Of a stretch of 64,000 bases of DNA, positions 21,046-29,490 are shown one piece after another. The translations under genes were made by a program, and so were the position numbers. Source of the stretch: Candidatus Moraniibacteriota bacterium (GTDB taxonomy: Bacteria; Patescibacteriota; Minisyncoccia; Moranbacterales; UBA1568). Location: assembly GCA_017983435.1 (NCBI GenBank), contig JAGOBM010000003.1, positions 4,786 to 68,785 of the forward strand, written 5' to 3'. The notes beneath the pieces were generated by a model. The model searched no databases. It was not told the origin of the DNA and saw nothing but the letters and a program-made list of their open reading frames with translations. Within the stretch, counting starts at the first letter, position 1, and every line of letters starts with the position of its first letter.

Positions 21046-21783
21046 ATGCCGAAACCGAAGCCCATCATACCAGCACCAGCGGACCCTTCCGCCCCGATGC
21101 GTCTCAACCGCTATCTCGCGCTGCATGGCATCGCCACCCGGCGTGAAGCAGATACTCTGATCGAACAGGGGCGCGTCTTCGTCAACGGACAGAAGGCCGA
21201 GCTCGGCATGCGCGTCACCGATGCCGACGATATCGCCGTCGAGGAGGCCAATCGCCGCAAGCTCGTCTACATCGCCTACTACAAGCCGCGCGGCATCATC
21301 ACGCATTCGCCCCAAGGCGTCAAAGAGCGCGCTATCACCGACATCGTCGAGATGCCAGGCGTCTTCCCGGTCGGCCGGCTCGACAAAGCGTCCGAGGGTC
21401 TCATCATCCTGACCAACGATGGCCGCATCACCGAGCGACTGCTCCATCCCCGTTTCGCGCATGAAAAAGAATATGAGGTCGTGGTCCAAGAATCATTCGA
21501 TCCAAAAAAGCTCGCCGCCCTCGAACAGGGCGTCATGGATCAGGGAGAGCTCCTGACCGCCAAAAAGGCTTTCATCACCGGGAAAAATACGCTTTCTATC
21601 ATTCTGACCGAGGGCAAGAAACACCAGATCCGCCGTATGCTCTCGGCCATCCACCTGACCGTCGTCTCGCTCAAGCGTGTCCGCATCATGCAGGTCCATC
21701 TCGGAGCGCTCAAGCCTGGACAATCGCGTCCGCTCGCCGGCATGGCCCGCGCATCTTTCCTCAACGATCTCGAACTCCGATAA
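21046..21783 (+). CDS. rRNA pseudouridine synthase, RsuA/RluB family
   Basis: S4 domain (MRLNRYLALHGIATRREA) and catalytic GRLDKASEGLIILTNDG. Confidence 0.8.
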   Translation: MPKPKPIIPAPADPSAPMRLNRYLALHGIATRREADTLIEQGRVFVNGQKAELGMRVTDADDIAVEEANRRKLVYIAYYKPRGIITHSPQGVKERAITDIVEMPGVFPVGRLDKASEGLIILTNDGRITERLLHPRFAHEKEYEVVVQESFDPKKLAALEQGVMDQGELLTAKKAFITGKNTLSIILTEGKKHQIRRMLSAIHLTVVSLKRVRIMQVHLGALKPGQSRPLAGMARASFLNDLELR

Positions 21784-21941
21784 AAATTTGGAGCTTCTTT
21801 TTCTTGTCTGATATGCTCAGAGAAGCAAGGAGAAGAAAGATTGCTTTCGGCATTCCCTTGTCTTCCTGTGGATTCTCAGGCATCCAACGGTCGCCAATGA
21901 AACGACCGAAAGCAATCTTTCTCACCAAAAAACAAAATCCT

Positions 21942-22319
21942 ATGCTCATACACATATTCGGCAATCCCGATCTTCCCTGCGACGCGCTCCCCGTCCTGCT
22001 TTTGCCGCGCCTGGCGGAAGCCTTGCCGCAGTACACCTTCCGTTTCACTGATCCCAACGAGCTCGACCTTCCCCGAGAAGGCGAGGACTTCATCGCCATC
22101 GATACGGTCGACGGCCTCAAATCGATACGGGAGATAGGTATCGAGGAGATCGCAGCGCTCAAAGCCAGAGCGACGACCCATGATTTCGATCTTTCATCTT
22201 TCCTCTTGCTCGCGAAGAAACTCCGCCCGGGCATCAGTATCCGTATCATCGGCGTCCCGATGCAGAGCGAAGCGGATACGGCCTTCGCGACCCTAGTCCC
22301 GATTCTCGAAACCCTCTAA
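21942..22319 (+). CDS. hydrogenase maturation endopeptidase (HycI/HybD-like)
   Basis: About 126 aa; N-terminal FGNPDL, AIDTVD and THDFDL positions parallel HycI Glu/Asp/His. Convergent with the hydrogenase genes. Alternative start at 21897. Confidence 0.55.
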   Translation: MLIHIFGNPDLPCDALPVLLLPRLAEALPQYTFRFTDPNELDLPREGEDFIAIDTVDGLKSIREIGIEEIAALKARATTHDFDLSSFLLLAKKLRPGISIRIIGVPMQSEADTAFATLVPILETL

Positions 22320-22336
22320 AAACCTGCAATAGAAAA

Positions 22337-22363
22337 GAAAACCGCCTATCCAGGCGGTTTTTC
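22337..22363. terminator. bidirectional terminator hairpin AAAACCGCC-TATCCA-GGCGGTTTT
   Basis: Lies between the convergent protease and hydrogenase large-subunit genes. Confidence 0.55.
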
Positions 22364-22387
22364 TGATACTTCATACTGCGTCTCCGA

Positions 22388-23713
22388 TCAGATCTCCCGT
22401 AGCTTCAACTTGAGGAAGTGCGAAGCGCAGCTCATACACGGATCATAAGCGCGGATAATCTTCTCGCACTCGATACCGAGCTGGTCCCGATCCATCGAAA
22501 GATTCGCCTCGATGAATTCCCCGAGGTCCTTCTCGATCGTAATCTGATTCTGCCCCGTCGGAACGATAACCTCGCCCTTGATCACGATCCCCTTCTCATC
22601 GGTCTCGTACTTATGGTAGAGCGTCCCGCGCGGTGCTTCGACGACGCCGACACAGACCGCTGCCTGAGGCTTGATCTGCTGGAGCGGCTCTTTGACGAAG
22701 GTTGCGTTCGAGAGGATATCGATCGACTCATCCACCGAATGGAGGATGGCGATCGCCTGGGCCAAGCCGTTGTCATGCACATCGTGCGATGGGAACCGCT
22801 TGAGCGCTTCGGCCGCATCGCGCTTCGTGTTCGGATGAAAAGCGTCCTTGTTGAGATTGACACGAGCCAGCGCTCCGACCCGGTAGATCTGGCCATCAAA
22901 AGTATAACCAGAAGCTTCGGAATACGGGATGACGACGTGCTCAAGATGGCTCCGGTATCCGCTCTCATCGCACACCTTGCCATTCATATCCCAAAGTTCC
23001 CCCTCGAGATAGGAGAACGGATCCGACTTGAGACCGATATAATTCGTCTCGCGGACCAGTGAGAACGGGCAGTGCGCGAACAGCTCGATGGCGCGCAGTA
23101 CGGCCGGCCGGATCGCCTTGAGCTCCTCAAGCGATTTGTCCATCTCCGCCTTCTCCGGCACCTTGGCAAATCCTCCCGGCATGAGGAACGGCGCATGCAC
23201 ACTCCGCCCACCCGCCAAGATGGAGAGATGATTGCCGACCGACTTGATATCGAAAGCATCATGCAAGACATCGTGCTGCTTCGGATCATGCTCATCGAAC
23301 TCAAGCAGAGAATCCTTGCCGAAGAAATCCGGCGCGACGAAGACGAAGAGATGGAGCGCATGATCACGGATGATGAGTCCATGATACGCCAGGGTGCGGA
23401 GCAGCTTGGTCTGCTCGGTCGGCACGAGCCCGAAGCCTTTCTCAACCGCTTCGATGCTCGCCGCCAGATGCGCGTTGGAACAGGTGCCGCAGATACGCGC
23501 GAGCATCTGCGGGATAGCGATGATCGGCTTGCCCACCATCGCCTGGGTGAAAAACCGCTTGTATTCATTGATAGCGAACTGCACCGACGTCACCTTGCCA
23601 TCCTCGATCAGGACATCAAGACCGGCCGATCCCTCGATCTTCGTGATCTCTTTGACGCTGAACGAGCTCATTTCCGATACCTGATGCATAGACGAAAAAG
23701 TTACAAGAGACAA
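22388..23713 (-). CDS. [NiFe]-hydrogenase large subunit
   Basis: N-terminal RICGTCSNAH (L1) and C-terminal DPCMSCASHF (L2), with a short cleavable extension after the His; 441 aa. Confidence 0.85.
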   Translation of the reverse strand: MSLVTFSSMHQVSEMSSFSVKEITKIEGSAGLDVLIEDGKVTSVQFAINEYKRFFTQAMVGKPIIAIPQMLARICGTCSNAHLAASIEAVEKGFGLVPTEQTKLLRTLAYHGLIIRDHALHLFVFVAPDFFGKDSLLEFDEHDPKQHDVLHDAFDIKSVGNHLSILAGGRSVHAPFLMPGGFAKVPEKAEMDKSLEELKAIRPAVLRAIELFAHCPFSLVRETNYIGLKSDPFSYLEGELWDMNGKVCDESGYRSHLEHVVIPYSEASGYTFDGQIYRVGALARVNLNKDAFHPNTKRDAAEALKRFPSHDVHDNGLAQAIAILHSVDESIDILSNATFVKEPLQQIKPQAAVCVGVVEAPRGTLYHKYETDEKGIVIKGEVIVPTGQNQITIEKDLGEFIEANLSMDRDQLGIECEKIIRAYDPCMSCASHFLKLKLREI

Positions 23714-23727
23714 ATTACAATCCTGAA

Positions 23728-24231
23728 TTAATCCTTTGTTGGAGCCTCCACGACACCGAACTCAACCAGCGCGTCATTCAGAACCTTGATAAACGCTTCC
23801 TCGGACATCGGACAGCCATTCACTGTGGCATCCACGGTCACCAGCTCATCCAGCTTCTTGGCTTTCTTCCCATAATGGAATTTTTCCAGAAGAAAATGAA
23901 TCTCTTCCTGCACTTCCGGAGGAAACTCGTTGCGCTGAGTCGAAAAATTGCCAGCGACAGCGCAAGACCCGATCGCCACGAGCTTCGTAGCGAGCCCGCG
24001 GATCTCAAGCAGCTTTTCTTCCTGCTCCGGCGAAGCGATCGCCCCCTCGACAAAGGCGACGTCCATCTGATCGATCACGTTCTTCGATTTGAAAACCTTG
24101 GCATAGCGGATATCGAGGAGCGGCAGCCATTCCTGATAATGATCATTCAGATACTCCGCAAACATGACGGTACTATCCTCGCAGCAGGAGAACGAGAACC
24201 ATCCGATACGCAGTTTTTTTCCGGTAGGCAT
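23728..24231 (-). CDS. [NiFe]-hydrogenase small subunit, NuoB-like, single proximal cluster
   Basis: 167 aa with Cys at FSCCED, GSCAVAG and NGCPM, a NuoB/group-4-like 4-Cys pattern; 14 bp upstream of the large subunit. Confidence 0.7.
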   Translation of the reverse strand: MPTGKKLRIGWFSFSCCEDSTVMFAEYLNDHYQEWLPLLDIRYAKVFKSKNVIDQMDVAFVEGAIASPEQEEKLLEIRGLATKLVAIGSCAVAGNFSTQRNEFPPEVQEEIHFLLEKFHYGKKAKKLDELVTVDATVNGCPMSEEAFIKVLNDALVEFGVVEAPTKD

Positions 24232-24314
24232 ACAGGTTCGACGATTAAGCGACTTGATTACGCTTACATTCTACCACTTCTCTTCGGAGCTCACCATAAA
24301 AATACTTAAGAAAA

Positions 24315-24402
24315 GCTCCTGGGCTACGAAAGCAGATTTTTCCCTTGCTATCGCCTCGGAAGTCTCGGGCATCAGGAAAAATCTCTTTCGCAGCCCAGGA
24401 GC
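24315..24402. repeat. long-hairpin repeat, copy 1 (about 29-bp stem; conserved core loop)
   Basis: Arms GCTCCTGGGCTACGAAAGCAGATTTTTCC and GGAAAAATCTCTTTCGCAGCCCAGGAGC enclose the core CTTGCTATCGCCTCGGAAGTCTCGGGCATCA. Confidence 0.6.
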
Positions 24403-24432
24403 ATTCGCTTCAACCGGACCAATACATCCCTA

Positions 24433-24858
24433 TCAGTCATCGCATTTCACGCAGAGACACCCTTCTTTCGTCAGTATCCCTTCAAAATAATCCTTGCCAT
24501 AGTTATAGGTCAGCTCTTCACCAGCCTTGATCTGCCGACGGGACACGATGAATATGCGCCCGCGACGATTGATCGCCTCGCAGTTCGGCCGGCAGGAATG
24601 GTTGATATAGCGGGCCGTGTTCCAGCGCGGACTCCCATCGATATCGACACGCGTGCTGACATTGAAGACATAGCGATTATTGAGCGTATCGCCATGGCTC
24701 GAATGCAGACGATGGCCCACATATTCGATGATGGTCTCCCCCTTTTTGATCGCCTCGAAGGCATAGAGCCCGAGACCGGCGCTCGACCGCTTCACTCGGA
24801 CATCGAATTTTGATTTCGTCGCTTCCATACATTTAAAAAATATCACAGATAAGCACAA
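24433..24858 (-). CDS. SET-domain protein (putative protein-lysine methyltransferase)
   Basis: NHSCRPNC and ELTYNYG motifs plus a post-SET Cys cluster CLCVKC; 141 aa. Confidence 0.8.
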   Translation of the reverse strand: MCLSVIFFKCMEATKSKFDVRVKRSSAGLGLYAFEAIKKGETIIEYVGHRLHSSHGDTLNNRYVFNVSTRVDIDGSPRWNTARYINHSCRPNCEAINRRGRIFIVSRRQIKAGEELTYNYGKDYFEGILTKEGCLCVKCDD

Positions 24859-24951
24859 TCACCGGGTGCGGAAGAGGTTTTTCCTGATGCCCGAGATTTC
24901 CGAAGCGATAGCAAGGGAAAAATCTCTTCCGCACCCGGTGATCCCCAATAG
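24859..24951. repeat. long-hairpin repeat, copy 2 (inverted relative to copy 1)
   Basis: Arms CACCGGGTGCGGAAGAGGTTTTTCC and GGAAAAATCTCTTCCGCACCCGGTG; loop is the reverse complement of the copy-1 core, about 90% identical. Confidence 0.6.
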
Positions 24952-25117
24952 ATCTTTCGTTATCTCGGAAAGCATACCTCCGCCAGGTATTCTGAAAAGA
25001 TACAAGGGCCATTCTATCAGTCATCTCCATTCTTATCAAGAAAAAACGAGACCATCGGAGGATCCCGTTTCTTGCATGACTGCGAATGAGAGTGATTAGA
25101 TCGCCATCTATTTCCTC

Positions 25118-25798
25118 TTATTGCTGTACCGGCATCCCGGCTGGCAATTCGAATGACTGCGCATCCGGGACCGATCCCTGGTTCGGTATGACTGCCTTCA
25201 TATCCTTTGGCATCTGTTTCATCAATTCCGAGAGATCGGTGAATTGCACAGCCGTCGGAGGTGTGAAGTCGGATTCGGACACGGTCGTCGCGTCGCAATC
25301 ATATGTGACCCCCGAAGCTTCGAGCGATCGGGCCCATCCCTGCCAATCTTTTGGATCAGTCTTCGACTCCCCCGCTTGCGGCGGCATCACGGATGTGGCG
25401 GGTGTCAGAGCGATCTTCATCCCCTGCGTCCCGCTCCACATATAGGCATACTGACCATCGTTGATCATCGTACCGGAAGACATCCCCGCTTTCGGATCAG
25501 CGGCTGGAACCTGGATCCCTTCGATACGCGCGCGCTTACCATCAGTCACCACGGTATACTGACCATCCTTGCTCGTGATAGCGCACTTCGCCGCTCCGCG
25601 CGTCGTCAAGAAATCCAAGAGCCCGGGTGTATCTTCGGCGGGCATCGATTCGGTCTCGAGAGTTGTCTCTCCGGGAACCGCGTCTCCAGCCGGCTGCCCT
25701 GATACCGCCGGCGCATCCGCCTGCTTGACAGCGAAAAAATAGACTCCGCCAGCCACTGCCAATGCGATAATTATACCGATCACTATTTTCCGATTCAT
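25118..25798 (-). CDS. hypothetical secreted/membrane-anchored protein adjacent to the pilin genes
   Basis: N-terminal TM/signal; no recognised domain. Confidence 0.45.
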   Translation of the reverse strand: MNRKIVIGIIIALAVAGGVYFFAVKQADAPAVSGQPAGDAVPGETTLETESMPAEDTPGLLDFLTTRGAAKCAITSKDGQYTVVTDGKRARIEGIQVPAADPKAGMSSGTMINDGQYAYMWSGTQGMKIALTPATSVMPPQAGESKTDPKDWQGWARSLEASGVTYDCDATTVSESDFTPPTAVQFTDLSELMKQMPKDMKAVIPNQGSVPDAQSFELPAGMPVQQ

Positions 25799-25851
25799 AT
25801 ATTTTGGCTATTCCTCGGAAGAGCCAGTTAAAAAATAGCTAGAAGAAAGCC

Positions 25852-26340
25852 TCAGCGAGAGACTGAGGCGATTTCTTCGTCCGCGGAATCACAAGCCTGG
25901 ACCGTCACGATATTGTTCTCATTCACCTGCACCGAATAGCGGGTGTGAGACTCGGAACCTTCTTCCGGATCATACGGCATCATCTTGAGATACTTGGCCA
26001 GCGATCCGGAAAGATCGACGCAGTCCCCGCTGCCCGATACATGACAGATATCAGTATCGATACCGCAACCGGATCCGGATGACGCGATCTCACGCTCCGT
26101 CGTATCGATACCCGCCGGCAACGCGCCGCGGTTATCCACGATGGACTGATGGATAGCAGATAGGATGCTCTGGATATCCGAGAGGCGGCGGGCATCTTTG
26201 GCATTCTGAAAACGGGTCGCCGGATCCAAAGAGACCGCAACCACGGTCGCCAAAACAGCGATAATCCCGATGACCAGCAAGATCTCGAGAAGCGTGAACC
26301 CTGATACTTTTGTATGTGGAGACGTCATAGACTTGGACAA
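25852..26340 (-). CDS. type IV pilin (prepilin-type N-terminal cleavage/methylation domain)
   Basis: G|FTLLEILLVIGIIAVLA class III signal; 4 conserved Cys in the C-terminal domain. Confidence 0.75.
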   Translation of the reverse strand: MSKSMTSPHTKVSGFTLLEILLVIGIIAVLATVVAVSLDPATRFQNAKDARRLSDIQSILSAIHQSIVDNRGALPAGIDTTEREIASSGSGCGIDTDICHVSGSGDCVDLSGSLAKYLKMMPYDPEEGSESHTRYSVQVNENNIVTVQACDSADEEIASVSR

Positions 26341-26342
26341 GA

Positions 26343-26813
26343 CTATTGTATCACGTATCGCTCGGAAGAATCACAAGCTTTGACGACAATGCGATTCCCC
26401 GCGGCTTCGCGCCGTATCGTGTACCGGGTATGCTCGGCCGTACCCGTATCCGGATCTTCCGGAATCGCCGGGAGATACGATCGGAGCGCCGGGCCGAGAT
26501 CGATGCAATCCCCATCCCCGGCCACGGAACAGAATCCATTATCGATCGAGCAGCCCGAGGTCCCGGTCCCCAGCTGGCGCTCTCTTTCGTCGATACCTTC
26601 CGGGAAATCACCCTTCTTATCCACCAAATACTGATGTGCTGCGCTGCTGAGCGCGCGGATATCCGAAAGACGGCGCGCTTCACGGGCATTGCGAAACCGC
26701 TCCGCCGGATCAAGCGTCACGATGATCAGCGTCGCGAGCAGCGCCAGCACGCCGATGACGATCATCACTTCGAGCAGGGTGAACCCGGATCGATGCCGAT
26801 AGATGGAATACAT
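26343..26813 (-). CDS. type IV pilin paralogue
   Basis: GFTLLEVMIVIGVLALLA; paralogous to 25852-26340 with the same 4-Cys pattern. Start trimmed to MYSIYRHRSGF. Confidence 0.7.
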   Translation of the reverse strand: MYSIYRHRSGFTLLEVMIVIGVLALLATLIIVTLDPAERFRNAREARRLSDIRALSSAAHQYLVDKKGDFPEGIDERERQLGTGTSGCSIDNGFCSVAGDGDCIDLGPALRSYLPAIPEDPDTGTAEHTRYTIRREAAGNRIVVKACDSSERYVIQ

Positions 26814-26823
26814 AGATTCGTTA

Positions 26824-27684
26824 TCAAAAAAAATTTCTATACCATGGCCGCGGCACCGCATCAGAAAAATCAAGTGTCGTATCGTCACGATGCCACCGAG
26901 AAGCCAAAGAAGCTCCCAATAGAGGATCCAGCGTCATATCCGCTACCTCCCACTCCGCTGGCAACTGGCCCAACGATACACTCTCAAATCCCGAGCAATA
27001 TATCTTCGTCACCAGCTTCTGCTTTTTCTGCTGGCAGAATTCGAGAAATCCGGTGATATCCGCTCCCGAGAAATCCGCTTTCTTCATCAGGACCGAGGCC
27101 GATACTTTTCCGGATTCGCAGCAGACCAAGAGCGTCGATACGGCATCCTTCCGATGAATGATCAGTACCGGTTGCTCCTCATGCACCAGGGCGGCCAATG
27201 CCGAAGATTCCGGGATGATGCTCTCAAAAACCAAGCCCTGTGTAGCCGACAAATCCGAAAGTGTGTCACGCCACGATGCCTTCATCTCAGTCACCTCAAG
27301 CAGACTCTCGTGTTCGCCCCGCGAGATGACCCGATAATCCCACAGTGTCATCTGGCTCGACTCTGGAAAACAACTTTGCAAAGCCTCCTCCACTTGCGGC
27401 CGAGCGAATATGCCCGACAAAGGCAACGACACCGCAAACGTATACACACCCTCTTCCGCCACTACCAGCCGAATACGTCCGTCGCAATCATGGCAGGCCT
27501 CCACGACCGTTGATTTCCCTTCAGGACTGAACGCGCATTTTTGCTCGTCCATCAATGTCCGCTTGACGCCACGCGCCACCAGACGCGCCACTCGAAGAGT
27601 CTGCCCGTCAATGAATCCGACCCGCTGTTGTATCTGAAACCATTGCATATCCGTATTGTACCCTATCGAGATATTTCCTTCCAT
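26824..27684 (-). CDS. hypothetical cytoplasmic protein in the pilus locus (possible assembly component)
   Basis: 286 aa, no TM; the only support is its position between the pilins and pseudopilins. Confidence 0.35.
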   Translation of the reverse strand: MEGNISIGYNTDMQWFQIQQRVGFIDGQTLRVARLVARGVKRTLMDEQKCAFSPEGKSTVVEACHDCDGRIRLVVAEEGVYTFAVSLPLSGIFARPQVEEALQSCFPESSQMTLWDYRVISRGEHESLLEVTEMKASWRDTLSDLSATQGLVFESIIPESSALAALVHEEQPVLIIHRKDAVSTLLVCCESGKVSASVLMKKADFSGADITGFLEFCQQKKQKLVTKIYCSGFESVSLGQLPAEWEVADMTLDPLLGASLASRWHRDDTTLDFSDAVPRPWYRNFF

Positions 27685-28046
27685 GACTGCACTGCGATCC
27701 CTTCCGGGAGGCTTTCGAAACGCACTTCTAGAGTCCGCTCATATCCTTCCCGGATACCGGTCACCGTCATGATCCGCTCCGTATCCTGCCGTTCGATACT
27801 GATCTGACATTCACCCCCCGGCAAGCCCGATACGGTCTCCTCGGATTCCGGGTGATCGCGCAGCCACAGCAATTGCTCCTCAGCACAGCTCTGGGCCAAC
27901 AACCGGCTCTGCAGCCCTCGATACGCAGCCACATCCATCTGCGCGGCATTGAGCGATGCATCCAGCACGGAGAAGGAAAGCACTGTCCCCATAACCAAAA
28001 ACGTGAGGACCATAAACATTGCCGCAAATCCCTTCTGTGTACGCAT
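27663..28046 (-). CDS. PilX-like/minor-pilin-like membrane protein
   Basis: N-terminus MRTQKGFAAMFMVLTFLVMGTVLS resembles PilX N-terminal domains. Confidence 0.45.
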   Translation of the reverse strand: MRTQKGFAAMFMVLTFLVMGTVLSFSVLDASLNAAQMDVAAYRGLQSRLLAQSCAEEQLLWLRDHPESEETVSGLPGGECQISIERQDTERIMTVTGIREGYERTLEVRFESLPEGIAVQSWKEISR

Positions 28047-28052
28047 ATGACT

Positions 28053-28553
28053 CTATTCCCATGTATTACGGAGTGTAGCTCCGCTTCGGATATTCAGATT
28101 CTCTCCTTCCCCCGCGGTTTCCCAATCGGGCCGCAGCGTCAGCAGAAACACTATCTGCTGCGACCGGCCATCCGAAGTATGTGTTTCTTCGAAGCGCATA
28201 TCCGCTCCCCGAACATCCGAGCCGAGCAGTGCCGATACGCTCGATCCATCATCGACCAGGATATTTCCCTCGCTGAAATATATGGCCGTCGTATCGCTCG
28301 AATCAGGATCGCCCAGCTCTATCCGGTCAGCCGAAAAATATTCCAGACTATCAGCATGACGGATGATCGACCCCAGCCGCTGCGTGGCAACCCGTGCCTC
28401 AGTGGCGACCGACTGCATATGTCCATTGCGTTCGCTCACGCTCGTGGTATTCCAGAAAAACACCGACAACGCCAGACCGAGCAGCGTCATCAGACCGAGA
28501 TATATCAGTATCTCGATCAAAGTGAATCCCCTCTCTCGGCGTAGACTCTTCAT
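28053..28553 (-). CDS. pseudopilin/minor pilin (prepilin N-terminal domain)
   Basis: RGFTLIEILIYLGLMTLLGLA. Confidence 0.65.
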   Translation of the reverse strand: MKSLRRERGFTLIEILIYLGLMTLLGLALSVFFWNTTSVSERNGHMQSVATEARVATQRLGSIIRHADSLEYFSADRIELGDPDSSDTTAIYFSEGNILVDDGSSVSALLGSDVRGADMRFEETHTSDGRSQQIVFLLTLRPDWETAGEGENLNIRSGATLRNTWE

Positions 28554-29023
28554 AGGACTGGTTCCTCCCAAAATGTGATATATTCGGAAAATTCGACCGT
28601 CTCCGGCTGACCAGGACTCGGCTCCCAATACACTCTCGACGTGACCTTCAATGTTCGCGTATCTTCTGTACCGTCATCAGCGATCATACTACCACTGTCA
28701 CGGTGAGCGTATTCGATCGTCAGACGACGCTCATACTGTTCAAACCGATCCCCGCTCTCGCTGGTGAAATCCCAACCGTCCGATCCGTTCCATGCGATAG
28801 TCCCCTCATGCACCGTCTGCAACGAGGCAAACCCATGCTGATGGATCGCTCGCACGAGTTCCAAACCCTCTTCCGCATAGGCGATCGCTCCCATCAGGTC
28901 AGCATTCCGTCTCCCGCTCTCAAGCGACTGCAGCAGGATGCCCGCTAGTGACGCTGAAAAAACGATGAAAATCGCCCCGGCCAGCACCACTTCCACTATT
29001 GAAAAACCTGATTGTTTCCGCAT
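28550..29023 (-). CDS. pseudopilin/minor pilin (prepilin N-terminal domain)
   Basis: SGFSIVEVVLAGAIFIVF. Confidence 0.65.
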   Translation of the reverse strand: MRKQSGFSIVEVVLAGAIFIVFSASLAGILLQSLESGRRNADLMGAIAYAEEGLELVRAIHQHGFASLQTVHEGTIAWNGSDGWDFTSESGDRFEQYERRLTIEYAHRDSGSMIADDGTEDTRTLKVTSRVYWEPSPGQPETVEFSEYITFWEEPVL

Positions 29024-29037
29024 AACGGCCAGAGTAT

Positions 29038-29481
29038 TTATTCCGATCTTTCCACAGCTCCCTCACGATTCACAGAGAAGACGACCGGCGTGCCGGCACT
29101 CTGAATACTGATTCCAGAGAGTATCTCCGGGAGTCGCCCGCTCTCCCGTTCAAACACCACTTCATCGAACCCGGAAAGCGTCGCCCCTCGCGGAAGTGTC
29201 ACTCGCTCATCAAACGCAGGGTCCCGATGGGCATATTCCGTACCAAGGAATACAATCAGTTCATCGTTCCGGAGGGCTACCCCCCACATCGTAGCGTTCT
29301 TTCCATTCATCGAATAGAGTTGGGCTTTCCTCAGATTGGAACGCAGCATATAGAGCACCGCTTCGGAAGAGGCTGACCCCAAAGTCAGGTTCGGGATAGT
29401 CATAGAAATCGCCCCCACCACCATGATGATAGCCAGGACCAGGATGATCTCGATAAATGTGAAGCCAGAGCGCTGTACCAT
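29038..29481 (-). CDS. pseudopilin (GspH/FimT-like)
   Basis: SGFTFIEIILVLAIIMVVGA. Confidence 0.65.
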   Translation of the reverse strand: MVQRSGFTFIEIILVLAIIMVVGAISMTIPNLTLGSASSEAVLYMLRSNLRKAQLYSMNGKNATMWGVALRNDELIVFLGTEYAHRDPAFDERVTLPRGATLSGFDEVVFERESGRLPEILSGISIQSAGTPVVFSVNREGAVERSE

Positions 29482-29490
29482 AGGGATCTC

